From Candidatus Babelota bacterium (GTDB lineage Bacteria > Babelota > Babeliae > Babelales > Vermiphilaceae), in assembly GCA_039809905.1 (NCBI GenBank), contig JBDHVY010000001.1, positions 720,001-752,000 of the forward strand: 32,000 nt of DNA, written 5' to 3'. Below the pieces are notes generated by a model, which saw nothing but the letters and a program-made list of their open reading frames with translations, made no database searches and was not told the DNA's origin. Shown one piece after another: positions 14,413-23,588 of this stretch. The first letter of the stretch is position 1. The number at the start of each line of letters is the position of its first letter. Made by a program: the position numbers and the translations under genes.

Positions 14413-17236
14413 ATTCAAGCACTTGTGTATTAAAATTACCTGCAGCAATCCAACTTCCTGAAGCAGCACTGCGTGCAAAATAATTTATTTCTGTTCCTTG
14501 TTGCATATCTATTACTACTTGTGTACTACGATCACCTACATTGCCAACACCCACGCGAGGTACTAGATTTGCAGGTGTGATCAAAACAACAGGAGGAACT
14601 ACTACATTCTTGTTTCGTGTTGCAAAATAAAGTGCGCCATCAGTTGAAAAATTACTTCTAAATTCACCAAATGAAAGTAAAAAAGAAGGAATATTTTTTA
14701 CAAAAAGATCATCAAATGCTTGTACCGTTTTTGAATTGACTGCATCGGTATTATTGAGAGGTTGTACGGCAAATCGATTAATGCGTGATTGATCAATGCC
14801 AACATCGGCAGTTAATACATAAAAATGTCCACCTTGATTTCGTGTAATATCTTGTAAGCGGTTTGTTTGTGTTACGGTATACAATGCAGTAGGAGCACCA
14901 GCATTTTCGCCAATCTTAACGTTTGTCCATTGTGCATCAGATTCTTGTGTTATAGTGCGAATATCTTTATCGTCACCAACACGCAATAATTCGTTTGTTG
15001 TTGCGATGATACCTAATGCTTGTGAAAATATGCCATCTAAAAATCCACCGCGTGTGCTGACTCCATTATTACCGATGGTTGCAATAGTTATTGCATCAAG
15101 TGTATTAGTTGCAAAATCAGAAGTTACAAGATTAATACGATCAATTTTGCTGTGCGTGATAACGAATAAAAAATTTTCGTCATAGATTAATTTTTTTACA
15201 AATCTGTAATCACCAATTTTTTTGAATAACATGCCTTCTTCAAGACCTATGAAGTTTTCAGTTAACCGTGTTGTTGGATTCCAGCCAGAGCCATCCTCAT
15301 TTGCTAATACAACTAAGCCATCTGACCCGCCGACAAAGAACCAACCATTATCTTCATTGCGTGCAAATTCTAGTGCGGTGATAGGACCAACAGCATTGAG
15401 TGCACCTCCAGAAATAATAACTGTTTTTGCATCAACATCATCAGTAATTATCCCATCAGTGAATGTTACGCTATCATTGAAATCGGGACCAGCAGTTGGA
15501 GTAATAACATCATCATTGAGAACTCCTGTTTGTGCAAGAAGAACGGTGCCTATACCACCTGCCGCAAGCACTGCAATATCTTGCAGTCCAGGAGAATTTG
15601 GTAAGAATGTTTGCAATCCCTGTATTCCGCCTTTATCAGGTGAAAATGTTTGATCCAAAATAGTTGTTAACGGTTGCAATCCTTCCGGTGAACCATCAGA
15701 CCATACGGTGCGTTTTATCGTATTAACGGTATCAGCAGTAGTTCCTGAAGCGAGTATGAATACGCCTTCAAATGCATTGAGTGCAGCGCCAAATATCTGA
15801 TCTGTTGTTCCTGCTGCGCGTTGCCATTGTGTCCATGAAGTAATTTTTCCTGTAGCGTCAAAAATTGCTTGAGAAGAATATATTCCCGGTGTGTTTTCTT
15901 CTCCTACCAATGCAAAAACAGTATCATCGCGTACGATAATAGTAACAATCGGACCTGCAGCTAAATCACCACCGCCTACGCGTGCTGCGCTATCTGTTGA
16001 CTGAATCATTTCATCAGAAGTTGTTGCTGGCTCGCTGATGATACGTCCTATCAATCGAGCAACAGGTGCATCTTTAAAAACATTTTGAGGTACTGCATTT
16101 TTTTGTGCAATCATACCAATATTATTACCAGCATTAACCAATGGTAAGGCAAACACAGATTGTTGAGTTGCAGCAGGGCTTCCAACATTACCAACGACAA
16201 TTAAATAATTAAGAGCGGTACTGGTATACATTGTTTTAAGTTCATGAATGGAAACGCGTTGATTTGCTCCGCGCACACCGAGGATATGTGTTGTATCTCC
16301 GGAGGTAAATATATCATCAGGTGCAATAGTTTCTAATGCAATTGCTCCGTTTTCTATAAATTTAACAACGGCAACACCTCGTGTGCCAGAATTTGCACTA
16401 TTTGCAGCCGTTGTTTGTAATCCAATAAAAAGACGTTCAAGACCAGGATCCCAATGCATTGCAACTTGATTGTTAACGATATTAGAGAGGGGATTATTAA
16501 TAATGATAGCAGGCGACGTTGGATCAAGGCGCAATGCTTTCGGTTGTGCACCTGATCCGGTGTTTGCATTAACTTCGGTAAAAACTCTAAAGGTTGATTT
16601 TTTTTCTCCTTCCTCAACATCTACTGTTCCTCGTGCAAGTAATGCAACACCACTGTTTACATCTCCAAATTCACCGATATTTGGTTTTGCGGGTGCAAAT
16701 ATGTGACCAATGCCATTAGTTGTTAATTCGACAATGCCGCTTGAAACATTGCCATCTGCATCATGAACATCTTGTGATACCTGCAAAGAAATGTTACCTG
16801 TCGGGAAAATATCTTCAAAAAGATATACGCGAGCAGGTTTAGTACTCTCGACCACAACAGGCATATCTTCCATAAAAATACCAACTTCTTTTTCGAGCAT
16901 ACCAAGTGCAATAATTTTCGCGCCAAATAATGGATTTTCTGCATTATCATTACCATTTAAGGTTACTGTTTCTGGTGTCAGAGGTACAAATGCCTTAGTT
17001 CCTCGAATAAGTCGTGAGAGCGAAAAGGTGTTGTCGGGAACAATTTCATTTGCTCCTTCATAAAAGCTGCCATTTTGGCTGAAAATATTTTTATTGACAC
17101 TAAAAGAAAAGGTTTGTCCCTCTGGAGCGTCTTTATCTCCTTCAATTAAATCTGCGCCAATAAGACAAAGTGATAATGAAAAAGTTACAAAAAAAGTACC
17201 TATTTTTTTATTCATACGCTTCCTACACAAGTCCAT
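14411..17236 (-). CDS. Large exported protein of unknown function, 941 aa
   Basis: Single long ORF; signal-like MNKKIGTFFVTFSLSLCLIGA; repetitive beta-strand-rich, hydrophobic/Gly-rich segments; conserved-looking C-terminus GTEINYFARSAASGSWIAAGNFNTQVLE. Confidence 0.75.
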   Translation of the reverse strand: MDLCRKRMNKKIGTFFVTFSLSLCLIGADLIEGDKDAPEGQTFSFSVNKNIFSQNGSFYEGANEIVPDNTFSLSRLIRGTKAFVPLTPETVTLNGNDNAENPLFGAKIIALGMLEKEVGIFMEDMPVVVESTKPARVYLFEDIFPTGNISLQVSQDVHDADGNVSSGIVELTTNGIGHIFAPAKPNIGEFGDVNSGVALLARGTVDVEEGEKKSTFRVFTEVNANTGSGAQPKALRLDPTSPAIIINNPLSNIVNNQVAMHWDPGLERLFIGLQTTAANSANSGTRGVAVVKFIENGAIALETIAPDDIFTSGDTTHILGVRGANQRVSIHELKTMYTSTALNYLIVVGNVGSPAATQQSVFALPLVNAGNNIGMIAQKNAVPQNVFKDAPVARLIGRIISEPATTSDEMIQSTDSAARVGGGDLAAGPIVTIIVRDDTVFALVGEENTPGIYSSQAIFDATGKITSWTQWQRAAGTTDQIFGAALNAFEGVFILASGTTADTVNTIKRTVWSDGSPEGLQPLTTILDQTFSPDKGGIQGLQTFLPNSPGLQDIAVLAAGGIGTVLLAQTGVLNDDVITPTAGPDFNDSVTFTDGIITDDVDAKTVIISGGALNAVGPITALEFARNEDNGWFFVGGSDGLVVLANEDGSGWNPTTRLTENFIGLEEGMLFKKIGDYRFVKKLIYDENFLFVITHSKIDRINLVTSDFATNTLDAITIATIGNNGVSTRGGFLDGIFSQALGIIATTNELLRVGDDKDIRTITQESDAQWTNVKIGENAGAPTALYTVTQTNRLQDITRNQGGHFYVLTADVGIDQSRINRFAVQPLNNTDAVNSKTVQAFDDLFVKNIPSFLLSFGEFRSNFSTDGALYFATRNKNVVVPPVVLITPANLVPRVGVGNVGDRSTQVVIDMQQGTEINYFARSAASGSWIAAGNFNTQVLE

Positions 17237-17245
17237 CTTTTGGTG

Positions 17246-17278
17246 CGCTCATCCTGAACTTGTTGAAGGATAAGCGCT
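17246..17278. repeat. Short palindromic element
   Basis: GCGCTCATCC-TGAACTTGTTGAA-GGATAAGCGC; 10-bp stem with one wobble/mismatch, in the divergent intergenic region. Confidence 0.5.
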
Positions 17279-17467
17279 CAAGTTGCTCATTCACATTGTT
17301 TAGTTTACGATGATTTTGAAAAACTGCCACCCCAAATAATGCAGTTTGCCTGCGTGCAGAAAACAAATGGTCTTATATTCTATTTCCAATTATCAAGATT
17401 TGTGCTATATATTTTAATTATTAAGTTTGTTTTATTTTATAAATTGTTACATATAAGAAATTACATA

Positions 17468-19009
17468 ATGCATGCAAAAATATTTTCTGCAACAACAATT
17501 GGTGTTGATGCACATTTAGTGGAAGTAGAAGCAGATATATCATTTGGATTGGTTAATTTTTATATTGTTGGATTGCCTGATACTGCAATTAAAGAAAGTA
17601 GTAAGCGCATTTTAACCTCTCTTAAAAATGCAGGTTTTCGTCTTCCTGCCAAAAAAATTACGATAAATTTAGCTCCTGCTGATTTAAAAAAAGAAGGAAC
17701 GTTGTTTGATTTGCCTATTGCGATTGGGATTCTTCTTGCAAATCAATCGTTAGAAATTCCTAAAGATTTTTTAGAAGAAACATTGTTTTTGGGAGAATTA
17801 TCGCTTGATGGTAGTATCCGATTTATCAAAGGTGCTCTTGCAATTGCTTTTGACGCTAAAAAATTAGGCAAACGCCGTATTATTATTCCCAAAGATAATA
17901 TGCAAGAAGCAGCTTTAATTAAAGATTTAGAAGTTATAGGCGTTGATCATCTTGTTGAATTAATAGCTTATTTGCGCGGTGAACAATCTATTCAACCTGC
18001 GCAGTGCATGTTTGATGAGCATTGTGCACAACAAGCTGAAAATATAGTTGATTTTGCTCAAGTAAAAGGGCAAATCGCTGCAAAGCGAGCATTACAGATT
18101 TCAGCAGCAGGTAGACATAATATTTTGTTCATAGGTTCTCCTGGTTCAGGTAAAACAATGCTTGCAAAGCGTCTTGAATCTATAATGCCTCCGATGACAT
18201 TTGGACAAATAGTAGAAACAAGTAAGATTTATTCTATTACGGGTAAACTTTCGAATAAATCATTATTAACCAAGCGTGCTTTTCGTAGTCCTCATCATAC
18301 TATTTCCCAGGCAGGGCTTGTTGGTGGAGGAACATATCCTCAGCCAGGAGAAATTAGTTTAGCGCATCATGGTATTTTATTTTTAGATGAGCTGACCGAG
18401 TTTAGACGCGATACTTTAGAAGCATTGCGGCAACCACTTGAAAGTAAAACAGTTTCAATCTCTCGCGTTGCACAAAGCGTTTCATTTCCAGCATCATTTT
18501 TGCTTGTTGCTGCATTGAATCCGTGTCCATGTGGTTTTTTTGGTGACAAAAAGCGTCAATGTACCTGTTCGCGACAACAGATTGTTAAATATATTAGTAA
18601 ATTATCAGGGCCGTTGCTCGATCGTATTGATTTACAAGTCCAGGTACAATCAATTGAATATGATTCAATAAAAACAACGGTAGAAACGCAAAGCAGTGCT
18701 CAGTTATATGAAAAAGTATTAATAGCACAACATATGCAAGAAAAAAGATTTGGATCAGCTGAGGTATATAATAATTTTATGACATCAGATCAGGTTGAAA
18801 AACATTGCACTTTAACTCCTGCTGCAGAAACTATTATCAGAAAAGCTTTTGATAAATTAAATTTGAGCATGCGTGGATATCACAAAGTTTTAAAAGTTGC
18901 TCGTACTATTGCTGATTTGGCTGCAAGTAATGAAATAGATGTTGCGCATATTCAAGAAGCAATCATGTATCGTTCACTTGATCAATATTTGGAAAAAGAG
19001 ACAGGATAA
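17468..19009 (+). CDS. comM: YifB/ComM family Mg-chelatase-like AAA+ ATPase (start trimmed to MHAKIFSAT)
   Basis: KIFSATTIGVDAHLVEVEADISFGLVNFYIVGLPDTAIKESSKRI, Walker A GSPGSGKTML, Walker B HHGILFLDELTEF, CPCGFFGDKKRQCTCS, ISGPLLDRIDLQV-like segment. Confidence 0.95.
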   Translation: MHAKIFSATTIGVDAHLVEVEADISFGLVNFYIVGLPDTAIKESSKRILTSLKNAGFRLPAKKITINLAPADLKKEGTLFDLPIAIGILLANQSLEIPKDFLEETLFLGELSLDGSIRFIKGALAIAFDAKKLGKRRIIIPKDNMQEAALIKDLEVIGVDHLVELIAYLRGEQSIQPAQCMFDEHCAQQAENIVDFAQVKGQIAAKRALQISAAGRHNILFIGSPGSGKTMLAKRLESIMPPMTFGQIVETSKIYSITGKLSNKSLLTKRAFRSPHHTISQAGLVGGGTYPQPGEISLAHHGILFLDELTEFRRDTLEALRQPLESKTVSISRVAQSVSFPASFLLVAALNPCPCGFFGDKKRQCTCSRQQIVKYISKLSGPLLDRIDLQVQVQSIEYDSIKTTVETQSSAQLYEKVLIAQHMQEKRFGSAEVYNNFMTSDQVEKHCTLTPAAETIIRKAFDKLNLSMRGYHKVLKVARTIADLAASNEIDVAHIQEAIMYRSLDQYLEKETG

Positions 19010-19019
19010 AAACAATCAT

Positions 19020-19403
19020 ATGATTCTCGGAATTGGCATCGATACAGTCGACATACAACGTTTTGCATTATGGCATACATATTCACCAAAAAAATTAGCA
19101 CGAATTTTTTCACCCGAAGAAATAGAATATTGTCTTTCACAACCTCATAAAAGTGCAGAACGCTTTGCGGTACGTTTTGCAGCTCGTGAGGCATTGTATA
19201 AAGCGCTTTGCTATGCATATCCAAATAATACATTTCCTTTTTTAACAGTATGTGCTCATACTACAATAGAAAAAAGAGATCAGCGGCCGTATTGTATTGT
19301 GCGTAATCTTAGGGATATTGATACAGATTCTATCACGATTCACCTTTCATTGTCTCATTGCCCAACATATGCAACGGCATTTGTTATTATTGAACAGAGA
19401 TGA
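19020..19403 (+). CDS. acpS: Holo-[acyl-carrier-protein] synthase (start trimmed to MILGIGIDTVD)
   Basis: ILGIGIDTVDIQRF, RIFSPEEIEYC, AERFAVRFAAREALYKAL, ITIHLSLSHCPTYATAFVIIE. Confidence 0.93.
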   Translation: MILGIGIDTVDIQRFALWHTYSPKKLARIFSPEEIEYCLSQPHKSAERFAVRFAAREALYKALCYAYPNNTFPFLTVCAHTTIEKRDQRPYCIVRNLRDIDTDSITIHLSLSHCPTYATAFVIIEQR

Positions 19404-20761
19404 AAAAATTAGATGTATTGTGTATTATTTCTTCTGCTTTTCTATATACACTTCCTTTTTTATTGAGTGATATTTTTTGGTGGTCTATTTTTATATCTCC
19501 TGTCCCATTGCTTTACTTGGCATGTTTACAGGATCTTTCATTTGCGCAAGGGTATGCATGGGCGGTAATTGTTTTTTTATTACATTTGAGTAAAGGAATA
19601 ACTGTTATTGTACAATTAGCAGGAGATTCATGGTGGATTGGTATTATGCTTGCAATGAGCATGGTATTGTATCAAGCATTAGTTCCTGCATTATTATTTT
19701 GGTGTATTACGCGGATTATATCTTTTTTTTCAGTTCGATTATTACTGCTCCGTTTAACTTTATGGACTATAGCACTATTTCTTTTTATTGTATGGGTTGA
19801 TTGGTATTGCATCTGGATTTTTGGTATTCAAGAAGGATATCCATTAATGCATCCACTTATATTGTTAGCAGAAAAACCATCATTGTTATTATTGTTACCT
19901 ATAATTGGTAAAACATTTTTGACGATTTTATATATATTGGTTCCAGCAAGTTTTACTTTATTTTTATGGTATAAAAGTAAGAGGATATTCTTGTTTTTTA
20001 CGAGCACACTAATTCCGTGGATGGTGTGTTTTATTATAGGGTTTACAGAAAAACAAGAATCTTTGTGGCGTTGCCACATCAAAAGCTTACCTTGTATGAT
20101 TCATTCTACAACTGATAATCCAATAATAGCTATGAAAATTGTTGCTCATCATATAAAAAAAATTATTACACAATATCCAGATACTACCATTGTTATTATG
20201 CCTGAATCGGCTTTAAATATCTTTGATTTTGAAAAAAGAACAGGGCTATTTGAGTTATGGAACGAGCAAGCAATAGGAAAACCAATAGATCTTATTTTTG
20301 GTTCTTGTCGAAAAGAAGATAATAATTATTATAATTCACTATATTGGATAAAAAATGGAGTGCTACAGACGTTTTTCGATAAAAAACATGCGGTGCTGAT
20401 AACAGAAAGACTAGCTGACTGGATGGATTGTGAACTGATAAAAAAAATTTATGTTAAGGATGGTGTTTCAATTACGCGATCGGGTAATAATAGGATGCCG
20501 TTACACATATCAAATAATAATGTATTTATTCCATACATTTGTTCCGAATTATTTTTTAATGAATTTCCTGATGATTGCTATGGTTATATGCCAATTATTG
20601 CCATTGTTAATGATACATTGCTATCTGATAGCTATATGCAAAAACTTTTATTATTGCTTGCTCGATTTAAAGCAATTCAATGGCAACGAGAAATAGTATA
20701 CGTTTCATATGGGCAATCATTGTTTATCGATGCTCAAGGATTGGTAAAAAATATAGATTAG
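19400..20761 (+). CDS. Apolipoprotein N-acyltransferase (Lnt)-like protein: multi-TM N-terminus plus nitrilase-like domain
   Basis: Multi-TM N-terminal half; IVIMPESALNIF (Glu), DKKHAVLITERL (Lys, like KxHLVPFGE), IPYICSELFF (Cys, like CYE) fit a Glu-Lys-Cys triad; IFGSC...YYNSLYW as in Lnt. Confidence 0.65.
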   Translation: MKKLDVLCIISSAFLYTLPFLLSDIFWWSIFISPVPLLYLACLQDLSFAQGYAWAVIVFLLHLSKGITVIVQLAGDSWWIGIMLAMSMVLYQALVPALLFWCITRIISFFSVRLLLLRLTLWTIALFLFIVWVDWYCIWIFGIQEGYPLMHPLILLAEKPSLLLLLPIIGKTFLTILYILVPASFTLFLWYKSKRIFLFFTSTLIPWMVCFIIGFTEKQESLWRCHIKSLPCMIHSTTDNPIIAMKIVAHHIKKIITQYPDTTIVIMPESALNIFDFEKRTGLFELWNEQAIGKPIDLIFGSCRKEDNNYYNSLYWIKNGVLQTFFDKKHAVLITERLADWMDCELIKKIYVKDGVSITRSGNNRMPLHISNNNVFIPYICSELFFNEFPDDCYGYMPIIAIVNDTLLSDSYMQKLLLLLARFKAIQWQREIVYVSYGQSLFIDAQGLVKNID

Positions 20762-21327
20762 ATTGGTTCTCGTAATGAGCCTGTAACAATAATAGCTCCA
20801 TATTCATTTTCTGTAATTTCAAAATGACGATCTCTGCATAATGATTTATCATCAATTTTTATTTTTGGTTTTTGAGTAATAATAATGTATTTATCTCCGA
20901 TTGTTTGTTTTTTAGATTGGGGTTGGAGTTTGCGTTTTGGTTTTGGTGCAGTTGCTAATAGTTCATTAGTCCAGGTAATGGGTACTTTTTTCCAAATTGT
21001 TTTTGCAAAATGATGTGCGCGCTCTTGCATGGTTGGATTTTTTGCATAATAAATCTGTTTCAAACAAAAGCTCCATTTTATATCAGGAATATCTATGGTT
21101 CCCGGAACAAAACTTTTCATAGTGTTGGGTTTTATAAGAAGTTTATAAAGGGGTTCTTGTTCGCTGTTTGCAAATTGAATGGCAATTGCGATAGGAAGGG
21201 ATGTTTTATTAAAAAAGCTAAATTCATAAGCATTGAGCTGGTAGCTGAGCAAGGTGATTATAACAATCGAACTAACTTTACTTATTTTAATCATAATGTG
21301 TTTTCTCATAAAGAAGAGCTTGAACAA
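20758..21327 (-). CDS. Hypothetical exported protein, 189 aa; paralog of the adjacent 21354..22037 product
   Basis: YEFSFFNKTSLPIAIAIQFA...KLLIKPNT...IPDI...VPITW parallels the neighbour. Confidence 0.68.
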   Translation of the reverse strand: MFKLFFMRKHIMIKISKVSSIVIITLLSYQLNAYEFSFFNKTSLPIAIAIQFANSEQEPLYKLLIKPNTMKSFVPGTIDIPDIKWSFCLKQIYYAKNPTMQERAHHFAKTIWKKVPITWTNELLATAPKPKRKLQPQSKKQTIGDKYIIITQKPKIKIDDKSLCRDRHFEITENEYGAIIVTGSLREPI

Positions 21328-21353
21328 GCAAGCTCTTCTTTATTTTTAAGTTT

Positions 21354-22025
21354 TTACTTCAATCGTACTAAGAATTTAATGTTACCTTTTTTATCTTCAA
21401 CAATATCAATGTGATAGTTTCCTATCATTTCACGAGCTGCAGATTTACCGATTTTGCTGAATAATGAACCAAGGTCATAATTTCCTTCGGCAAAAGTTTT
21501 AGCAACTTCTGCTCCTTGTGTACCTTGTTTAGCGATTTCCGCAGCAGCTTCAGCTCCTGCAGATGCGCCAGCTGTCATGTAAGCAGCTGCAGCTGATGCA
21601 GCAGTTTTTCCAACTTTTTCTGTAGCTTCGCCTAAAGCTTCAACCAATTCTAAAGTAACGTCATATTTTTCTGTAGGAATCCATGTTATAGAAATACCTT
21701 TCCATGCAACAGTTTCTTGGTTTGCTGTTGTCATTTTTTCGCCTGGTTTAGGTATATAGTAGAAGAATTCGCTAGGAATAAAACCACTTTGGCTTGATGG
21801 AATTTCTGTTTGTACATCAGGAATATAGTTGTTTCCGTGTCCAAGTGTTCTTCCTGTATTAGGTGGCATTACAACAAACTCTCTCCATCGAGATGTTTTA
21901 AATCTAATAGCGGCAGCTATTTTTTTAGATGTGTGATTAGAAAAAGTGTATCTGTATGCGTGAACTTCAGATACAGTGACAAATGTTACCAGTGCAACAA
22001 TAGCTTTCATCAAGTTGTTCTTCAT
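21354..22025 (-). CDS. Hypothetical exported protein, about 220 aa (ORF extends to 22037); paralog of the 20758..21327 product
   Basis: YRYTFSNHTSKKIAAAIRFK...FVVMPPNTGR...IPDV...ISITWIP; signal-like MKAIVALVTFVTVSEVHA; Ala/Gly-rich helical segment. Confidence 0.7.
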   Translation of the reverse strand: MKNNLMKAIVALVTFVTVSEVHAYRYTFSNHTSKKIAAAIRFKTSRWREFVVMPPNTGRTLGHGNNYIPDVQTEIPSSQSGFIPSEFFYYIPKPGEKMTTANQETVAWKGISITWIPTEKYDVTLELVEALGEATEKVGKTAASAAAAYMTAGASAGAEAAAEIAKQGTQGAEVAKTFAEGNYDLGSLFSKIGKSAAREMIGNYHIDIVEDKKGNIKFLVRLK

Positions 22026-22370
22026 AACGACTCCCATAAAAATGATATTTAAATAGATTTACTTCTTTCCCACATATATATCATAAGAAATATTTGTATT
22101 TAAACTCAATGGTTTTTGATGTAAAAATTTCACAACTGAAACTATTTATGGGCGACTCTTTACCGAAAATGCTTTTGGATCGCTATTTGTCTGTATAAGG
22201 GGATGCACAAAAAAGAATGGTGATTTTTGTTATGAGAAAGCCATTTTTTTATAAAAAAGGCTTAAGATTAATGGAAAAATGTCAAAAAGGGTAAAGGTTT
22301 TATTTGACAAATATCAAAACGGGCCGTATTCTAATAAAGATCTTTCAGATCGATCTAATCTATAAAATTC

Positions 22371-22447
<77 letters not shown>

Positions 22448-22452
22448 AAATT

Positions 22453-22482
22453 AAACCCACTTTTTTCAAGGTGGGTTTTTTC
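22453..22482 (+). terminator. Terminator after tRNA-fMet
   Basis: AAACCCAC-TTTTTTCAAG-GTGGGTTTTTT. Confidence 0.85.
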
Positions 22483-22504
22483 ATGCAATAAACGGCGGGC
22501 TGTT

Positions 22505-22551
22505 CTCTAAGGGGTCCCCGGTTTGGAGCGAAGCGGAAGTTGGGGTTAGAG
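22505..22551. repeat. Copy 3 of the GGGGTCCCC intergenic hairpin repeat (core 22511-22545)
   Basis: CTCTAA-GGGGT-CCCC-GGTTTGGAGCGAAGCGGAAGTT-GGGG-TTAGAG; CTCTAA/TTAGAG and CCCC/GGGG pairings. Confidence 0.65.
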
Positions 22552-22557
22552 GGTTCT

Positions 22558-23574
22558 TTATGTTTGTTTTTCGATGTTTTTAAATAATTTAGAAGTTATA
22601 AAAGTAATCATGTTTCGAGCGTTTATTAGTATTTGATCCATAATGCTTGGCTGATAAATTTCTTTAATTAATTCCTGATCATGTATCTCTGATAAAACAC
22701 CGATTTTAATGAATTCTTCAACTAATTGTTGGGGGTTTTTGAATCGAATACCATGGCGTATTGCAGTGTTGTTTTTTTGTAATATATTAAAGCCATCAAC
22801 ATTTTCCTGTTGATCGTCAATAAAAATAATATTCTTATCGGGGGCGAACTGTTGTTCTATAGCATGGTAATATTCATACTCTGGTTTTTTGCCTGGCATA
22901 TGAATGACTTTTTGAGTTGGTTGTATGGTAAGTGCTTTATGTAATAGTTTTGTATAGATCTCCGGAGTTGTTGGTCGATTTCCAAAATCCTGTAGTTGAG
23001 CTAAGAATGTGTTGCTGTTTCCTGGTTGAGCGACAAAGACATAGGTGGCAAGGCTATTGAATTCATCCCCTAATGTATCTGAGTTGATTTGATATGCAAC
23101 ATGATCATTATTTGTTGCAAATACAATAGTATATCCTTTTTTATTTTTAAGATATTCATAGATTTTTTTTGTTCCCATAATAAAATGGCGAGAATTTTCT
23201 ATAGATTCAAGGACCAATTGTACATAAGATGTTAAATTTTCATCATTCATTCCATGAAATAATAGATGAAAAGTAAATCCATTAATTACATTTCCATATT
23301 GATCATAAAGAGGATTTCTTTGGCCCTCAGCATTTTTGGTGTATTTTTTTTCGGCATGATAAATGGCTTTAATATATGTTCCGATGTTGAAAGGATCGTA
23401 CATTAAACCCCTATACAAAAGATTTAAAATTGTCCATGGAGATTTTTCGATTAAAACCTCATCTATATCCGAACAGATAATAGTATTTTCGGGCGTTATT
23501 GCAGTATCTATCGTAAAGATTATCGGATTAAAAAATATGCAGATAAAAAGAATAATATTTTTGGTATTTTTCAT
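22558..23574 (-). CDS. Exported HAD-superfamily-like hydrolase, 338 aa
   Basis: Signal-like MKNTKNIILFICIFFNPIIF; motif I-like ICSDIDEVL, motif II-like FATNN, Lys in GKKPEYEYY, motif IV-like NIIFIDDQQENV. Confidence 0.72.
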   Translation of the reverse strand: MKNTKNIILFICIFFNPIIFTIDTAITPENTIICSDIDEVLIEKSPWTILNLLYRGLMYDPFNIGTYIKAIYHAEKKYTKNAEGQRNPLYDQYGNVINGFTFHLLFHGMNDENLTSYVQLVLESIENSRHFIMGTKKIYEYLKNKKGYTIVFATNNDHVAYQINSDTLGDEFNSLATYVFVAQPGNSNTFLAQLQDFGNRPTTPEIYTKLLHKALTIQPTQKVIHMPGKKPEYEYYHAIEQQFAPDKNIIFIDDQQENVDGFNILQKNNTAIRHGIRFKNPQQLVEEFIKIGVLSEIHDQELIKEIYQPSIMDQILINARNMITFITSKLFKNIEKQT

Positions 23575-23588
23575 AAAAAAGAACCTGT

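Noticed and set aside
14955-17063. Plus-strand ORFs of 60-143 aa inside the 941-aa gene
   Set aside because: They lie antisense to a long, coherent ORF with a signal peptide; sequences look like shadow translation with no family motifs.
10875-17236. Possible toxin-antitoxin, contact-dependent inhibition or defence system
   Set aside because: No nuclease, immunity, methyltransferase, helicase or polymorphic-toxin motifs were seen; the genes look like surface proteins.
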